Source: a virus. From it: a stretch of 10,031 bases of DNA. Shown one piece after another: positions 6,688 to 10,031 of the stretch. Location of the stretch: the UHGV virus genome UHGV-1820336. One strand, 5' to 3'. The notes beneath the pieces are model-generated. The model was not told the origin of the DNA. It made no database searches and worked only from the letters and a program-made list of their open reading frames with translations. Each line of letters opens with the position of its first letter. Position 1 is the first letter of the stretch. The position numbers were made by a program, and so were the translations under genes.

Positions 6688-7479
6688 ATGAGCAGACATG
6701 CAACAGATTGGGCCTGGGAGACAGATCCAGGTAGCTCATCATTAAAGCTCATACTGCTCTCGATGGCTGACAGAGCCGATGAATATAACCTCTGCTACCC
6801 CAGCATAGAACGCCTCGTTAAAGACACTTGCCTGAATAAAAAAACCGTGCAGGCCGGGCTTATATCGCTCATGAAAATGGGGCTTATTTCAGATACCGGA
6901 GAGAGAAAGGGAGCGACAAAAAGAGTGCGGGTTTTCTCTCTTAATATAACCAAAAACGGGAACATTAAAGGCAACCGGGAGGGGGGCAATGAACCCGAAA
7001 ACGGGAATATACCCGAAAACGGGAATATACCCAAAAACGGGATGTTGAATGATCCCAAAAACGGGATCCAGAACCAGTCATATAACCAGTCATTTAACCA
7101 AGAGAGGGAGAGCAGGACAAAAAGCGGGGATTCTGTGCCTCATGACCCCGGAGCAAACAACGCCGTGATGAATAACTTTGTTCCTCCTGGTGGGCCAGGG
7201 CAATTAGGCAAATTTGTCATGCATGAACAATGGCAGCCATCAGATGACTTTCTTCGGAAAAGCTCATTGCAGGGGATCTACCTGGACAGTCTGCCAACGG
7301 CACAGGAACTTGCAGAGTTCAGAATTTACTGGATGGCTGAGGGTAAGGCATACCATCAGGCACAGTGGGAGCAGAAGCTGGCAAGGCGGCTGCAGATTAG
7401 CAGACAGAAGCAATCAACATTACCTGATAACAACGTTCCGCACTGGAACAGCCCTGAAGCATGGGAGGATTTCTTGTGA
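6688..7479 (+). CDS. Replication initiator, lambda O-like (N-terminal HTH DNA-binding domain; origin iterons embedded in the linker region)
   Basis: 263 aa. N-terminus WAWETDPGSSSLKLILLSMADRADEYNLCYPSIERLVKDTCLNKKTVQAGLISLMKMGLI is typical of phage replication-initiator HTH domains. Central low-complexity KNG/ENG repeat is encoded by the iterons. SD GGAG 7 nt upstream. The next gene is P-like. Confidence 0.8.
   Translation: MSRHATDWAWETDPGSSSLKLILLSMADRADEYNLCYPSIERLVKDTCLNKKTVQAGLISLMKMGLISDTGERKGATKRVRVFSLNITKNGNIKGNREGGNEPENGNIPENGNIPKNGMLNDPKNGIQNQSYNQSFNQERESRTKSGDSVPHDPGANNAVMNNFVPPGGPGQLGKFVMHEQWQPSDDFLRKSSLQGIYLDSLPTAQELAEFRIYWMAEGKAYHQAQWEQKLARRLQISRQKQSTLPDNNVPHWNSPEAWEDFL
6950..7068. 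repeat. Candidate replication origin: iterons CC(C)RAAAACGGGA, palindromic core CCCG-AAAAC-GGG
   Basis: Copies start at 6950, 6994, 7012, 7030 and 7054. 6994-7011 and 7012-7029 are an exact 18-bp tandem duplicate, CCCGAAAACGGGAATATA. Followed by a 12-bp direct repeat AACCAGTCAT(A/T)T at 7072-7095. Resembles the lambda ori iteron design (recalled as TCCCTCAAAACGAGGGA) located inside the O gene. Confidence 0.7.
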
Positions 7480-8261
7480 ACAACGTTTTTACCGCGATAC
7501 AAAACCGTGACGGAGAAGCCCTTTCTCGCATGTCAGGTTATGAGCATCAGTACGTCAACAATGACAATGTGGTGAACATGTCAGCAGAGAGGCTTGTTGA
7601 TGCCCTTTTTAAACAGCTGAAACAACTGTTTCCGGCGGCAGTGGTAACCAACCTGAAGACGCCAGAGCAGGAAGTTGCTGCAAAACAGCAGTGGATTGCT
7701 GCGTTTGCCGAAGGGGGGATCCGAACCCGTGAACAGGTTTCTGCTGGTATGCGCCACGCCCGCGCCAGTGAATCTCCGTTCTGGCCGTCTCCAGGGCAAT
7801 TTATCAAGTGGTGCAAAGACAGCAAGATGGTTCTTGGCGTCACCATTGACGATGTGATGGCGGAGTTTCACCGGTACAGCAAGGAAAAAAGTTTATATCC
7901 TGGTGGTCCCGAAAGATTCCCGTGGCGACATCCGGTTATGTACTGGGTCGTATGTGATACCCGCCGTGCAATGTATCAGCGCCAGCTTAGCGAGATTGAG
8001 GTTGAGAAACACGCACGCAGGCTGCTCGATGATTGGGCGAAAAAGGTGGCTTCCGGACAGCAGATACCCGATCCGGTGATCAGCATACAGGCAAAGCCAG
8101 AGCCCATGAGTACGCCTCCGGACACAGGGAGAGACGTTTACCATCCACCAGGGCGAAGTTTCGGGTGCATGCCTAACGCCGCCACCCTTGGGGGAATAAC
8201 ACCGGCGCAGTGGCTGATGGAGGAATACAGGCGGGGAAAGGCGGCAGGATTTATCAAGTAA
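7476..8261 (+). CDS. Replication protein P-like helicase loader
   Basis: AAFAEGGIRTREQVSAGMRHARASESPFWPSPGQFIKWCK aligns with lambda P as recalled from memory (LAFRENGITTMEQVNAGMRVARRQNRPFLPSPGQFVAWCR). Start taken as GTG 7476 (SD GGAGGA 7464-7469, overlapping the O-like stop in GTGA). The in-frame ATG at 7461 is an alternative. Confidence 0.85.
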   Translation: MNNVFTAIQNRDGEALSRMSGYEHQYVNNDNVVNMSAERLVDALFKQLKQLFPAAVVTNLKTPEQEVAAKQQWIAAFAEGGIRTREQVSAGMRHARASESPFWPSPGQFIKWCKDSKMVLGVTIDDVMAEFHRYSKEKSLYPGGPERFPWRHPVMYWVVCDTRRAMYQRQLSEIEVEKHARRLLDDWAKKVASGQQIPDPVISIQAKPEPMSTPPDTGRDVYHPPGRSFGCMPNAATLGGITPAQWLMEEYRRGKAAGFIK

Positions 8262-8264
8262 TAC

Positions 8265-8286
8265 CAGCGCGATAGCGCATTTTTTT
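8265..8286 (+). terminator. Weak terminator-like element after the P-like gene
   Basis: Short GC stem GCGC (8267-8270) / GCGC (8275-8278) with loop GATA, followed by a 7-T run (8280-8286). Stem is only 4 bp, so low confidence. Confidence 0.3.
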
Positions 8287-8298
8287 ACGCCTCGACAA

Positions 8299-8375
8299 TT
8301 ACCTGTTAGGTAATAAAATATTCTAAAATCTATTGATTTCGTGTCTTATGTGGTTTTTAATTACCTCAGAGGTAA
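8299..8375 (+). promoter_or_regulatory. Second operator pair flanking a candidate rightward promoter upstream of the DUF1064-like gene
   Basis: Perfect TTACC-TGTTA-GGTAA at 8299-8313 and TTACC-TCAGA-GGTAA at 8361-8375, centres 62 bp apart (same as the OL pair). Between them -35 TTGATT (8333-8338), 17-nt spacer, -10 TTTAAT (8356-8361). The downstream site overlaps the SD (GAGG 8369-8372) of the ATG at 8379. Confidence 0.6.
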
Positions 8376-8378
8376 ATC

Positions 8379-8723
8379 ATGAGAAAACAGATACAGGCTC
8401 TTGGTCGACTCAAAACAGGTCAGATGAACAAAACAGAATCTGCGTATTGCCAGCACCTTGAGCTGCGTAAACGTGCAGGAGAAATCGTCTGGTATCGATT
8501 TGAGGGTATCAAGCTGCGGTTAGCTGACAACACGTTCTATACGCCCGATTTTGCTGTGATGCTCGCCACCGGCGAGATGGAACTGCACGAAGTGAAAGGT
8601 TTCTGGACCGACGACGCCAGGGTGAAAACCAAAGTCGCCGCAGATCAGTATCCGTTCCGAATCATCGGGGTAACGGTTAAACCAAAGAAAGCAGGTGGTG
8701 GCTGGATCATCGAAGAGTTCTGA
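8379..8723 (+). CDS. DUF1064-like phage protein with a PD-(D/E)XK-type motif
   Basis: 114 aa. Pattern E-x2-Y-x3-LE...G-E-I...YTPDF-x-V...ELHEVKG...K-x-K...YPF matches, from memory, the conserved layout of DUF1064 phage proteins (D...E-x-K nuclease-like core). Not verified by search. Confidence 0.7.
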   Translation: MRKQIQALGRLKTGQMNKTESAYCQHLELRKRAGEIVWYRFEGIKLRLADNTFYTPDFAVMLATGEMELHEVKGFWTDDARVKTKVAADQYPFRIIGVTVKPKKAGGGWIIEEF

Positions 8724-8739
8724 ATCGACGATCTTTTTA

Positions 8740-8772
8740 GTTATCAATGTTATCAATAAGTTATGTGGATAA
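8740..8772. promoter_or_regulatory. Tandem GTTATCAAT repeats plus a perfect DnaA-box consensus (TTATCCACA on the - strand) upstream of the 8785 gene
   Basis: GTTATCAAT at 8740-8748 and 8749-8757; TGTGGATAA at 8764-8772 is the reverse complement of TTATCCACA. Immediately upstream of SD GAGGGT and ATG at 8785. Functional role inferred. Confidence 0.3.
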
Positions 8773-8784
8773 GCGAGGGTAAAG

Positions 8785-9195
8785 ATGGAAAGTAATATCA
8801 AATGGTTAGTTGCCGCCGGGCATGAGATGGCTTCGGAACTGAAAGCAGAATGTGGTGCCGTTGATATGCGCAGTGTGGCAAAGCTGATCAGCGATTTGGC
8901 AACGCAACTGGAAGTGCAACTGGCGCGGATTGCGCTGGCCTCGCTTGAGGCAGAGCCAGTTGGTGCATTCCACATTGCTGAACAGCAAGTTGACGGCACA
9001 AGTGACTATCTCAAGGATGGAGAATGGCCTATTGATAATGGGATTATTGAAGTCTACGCCGCTCCGCCAGCACCGGTAGTGCCAGATGATTGGCAACTCG
9101 TACCTAAGAAAATAACACTGGAAATGGAATGTGCTCTATCAAAAGCTGATAGCTATGAAATTGGTTGGCTATGGGCATTGGCAGGCCGCACCTAA
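8785..9195 (+). CDS. Hypothetical protein (136 aa), paralogous to the N-terminal part of the following gene
   Basis: Shares LARIALA(S/A)LE(A/V)EP(V/I)G and (V/I)YAAPPAPVVP(D/E)(D/E) with the ORF starting at 9279. SD GAGGGT upstream. No family recognised. Confidence 0.6.
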   Translation: MESNIKWLVAAGHEMASELKAECGAVDMRSVAKLISDLATQLEVQLARIALASLEAEPVGAFHIAEQQVDGTSDYLKDGEWPIDNGIIEVYAAPPAPVVPDDWQLVPKKITLEMECALSKADSYEIGWLWALAGRT

Positions 9196-9278
9196 ATACG
9201 AAGTACAGAACGCTAAACGCGTGCAAAACGCGCTTAACGCCTGCCGCGCCGCCATGCTTCAGGGTAAAGGAGAGTGAT

Positions 9279-10031
9279 ATGACCACTATAACCAAAGATC
9301 GACTACTGACAATCAAGCAGTGGCGCGAAACATACGGACCTGGTGGCAACGTTGTACTGCCAGCAGAAGAAGCGGAAGAACTGGCACGAATTGCTCTGGC
9401 AGCGCTGGAAGTCGAGCCGATAGGTTTCCGTTGCAGGCGCAATGATAACCTTGGTGATTGGAGTTACGTATATCATCGAGAGCCAGATGATTTTGAGCGC
9501 AAACATTTAGTGATAGAGGGTATTTACGCCGCCCCTCCAGCGCCAGTAGTACCGGAAGAAAAACCAATGCCTAATCCTCTTAGCATGTACGCGGTCGATG
9601 CTGTTGCCGCTATTGCAGAGGTGAGAGGCTGGAACGCCTGCCGCGCCGCCATGCTTCATAGTGCCGAACCTGCAAGTAATCATGAAGAGTTGCCGCTTGA
9701 TTATCTCCAAGGTCAAAAAGATGGTCTTGAATGGGCTGCGCAGCTTGCAGAAGCAAATCACCCACAAACTGGCGACTGGCTTTACGATGACCCGCTGGAG
9801 CTGGCTAAAGCTATCAGAAAAGGTCCTGACATGCCCGAATTCGATGGACCAACTCCGGTAACTCAGGATAGTTGGATAAGCTGTAGTGAGAGAATGCCGG
9901 AAGACACCAAAATGTTACTGGCATTTAGTCAAGGTGAAATCGTGGCCGCATATTGGAACTGGGTTGTAAATCCAATTGATTACAAAAAATATAGAGCTTT
10001 CACGTATTTATCAGGAAATATCTTGGATGAC
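9279..10031 (+). CDS. Hypothetical phage protein, 3'-partial (runs off the window end); N-terminal module paralogous to the 8785 gene, C-terminal region possibly DUF551-like
   Basis: Open frame from ATG 9279 (SD AGGAGA 9268-9273) to the window end with no stop by my manual translation; not in the ORF track, presumably because it lacks a stop. C-terminal WISCSERMPEDTKMLLAF resembles the W-I-S-x-x-(D/E)-R-L/M-P-E motif I associate with DUF551 phage proteins (tentative). Confidence 0.65.
   Translation, partial: MTTITKDRLLTIKQWRETYGPGGNVVLPAEEAEELARIALAALEVEPIGFRCRRNDNLGDWSYVYHREPDDFERKHLVIEGIYAAPPAPVVPEEKPMPNPLSMYAVDAVAAIAEVRGWNACRAAMLHSAEPASNHEELPLDYLQGQKDGLEWAAQLAEANHPQTGDWLYDDPLELAKAIRKGPDMPEFDGPTPVTQDSWISCSERMPEDTKMLLAFSQGEIVAAYWNWVVNPIDYKKYRAFTYLSGNILDD

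Noticed and set aside
6795-7058. 87-aa - strand ORF with internal repeats (FPFSGIFPFSG) antisense to the O-like gene
   Set aside because: Its repetitiveness is the reverse-frame reading of the iteron array; the sense-strand O-like gene explains the region.
6950-7068. Possible CRISPR array or other mobile-element repeat
   Set aside because: Repeats are only 12-18 bp, lie within a coding sequence, have no regular spacer structure, and fit the iteron model instead.
8520-8999. 159-aa - strand ORF spanning the boundary between the DUF1064-like and 8785 genes
   Set aside because: Antisense to two + strand genes and to their intergenic regulatory region; no supporting signals.

Overview
This window reads as the early, immunity and replication region of a lambdoid-type prophage, probably enterobacterial (inferred from gene content and protein similarity, with no database search run). 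Left to right: a P4-type tyrosine integrase (+), then a leftward operon (- strand) of translationally coupled genes running from a PL-like promoter through two small ORFs, a RecE-like PD-(D/E)XK exonuclease, a Redbeta/Bet-family annealing protein, an AlpA-family regulator, a hypothetical ORF, an MT-A70 (DPPW) adenine methyltransferase and a 64-aa ORF. Centrally there is a divergent repressor (-) / Cro-like (+) pair, followed rightward by a small zinc-ribbon-like ORF, a lambda O-like initiator with embedded iterons, a lambda P-like helicase loader, a DUF1064-like protein and two paralogous hypothetical genes (the last runs off the window). The most notable signal is a 15-bp palindrome, TTACC-N5-GGTAA, with five perfect and four imperfect copies, all in intergenic regions next to candidate promoters. 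I interpret it as the operator of the resident repressor; it marks at least four promoters, not only the PL/PR pair. Nothing here is clearly a novel system; the operator network, the intragenic origin and a duplicated module at the right end are the items most worth follow-up.
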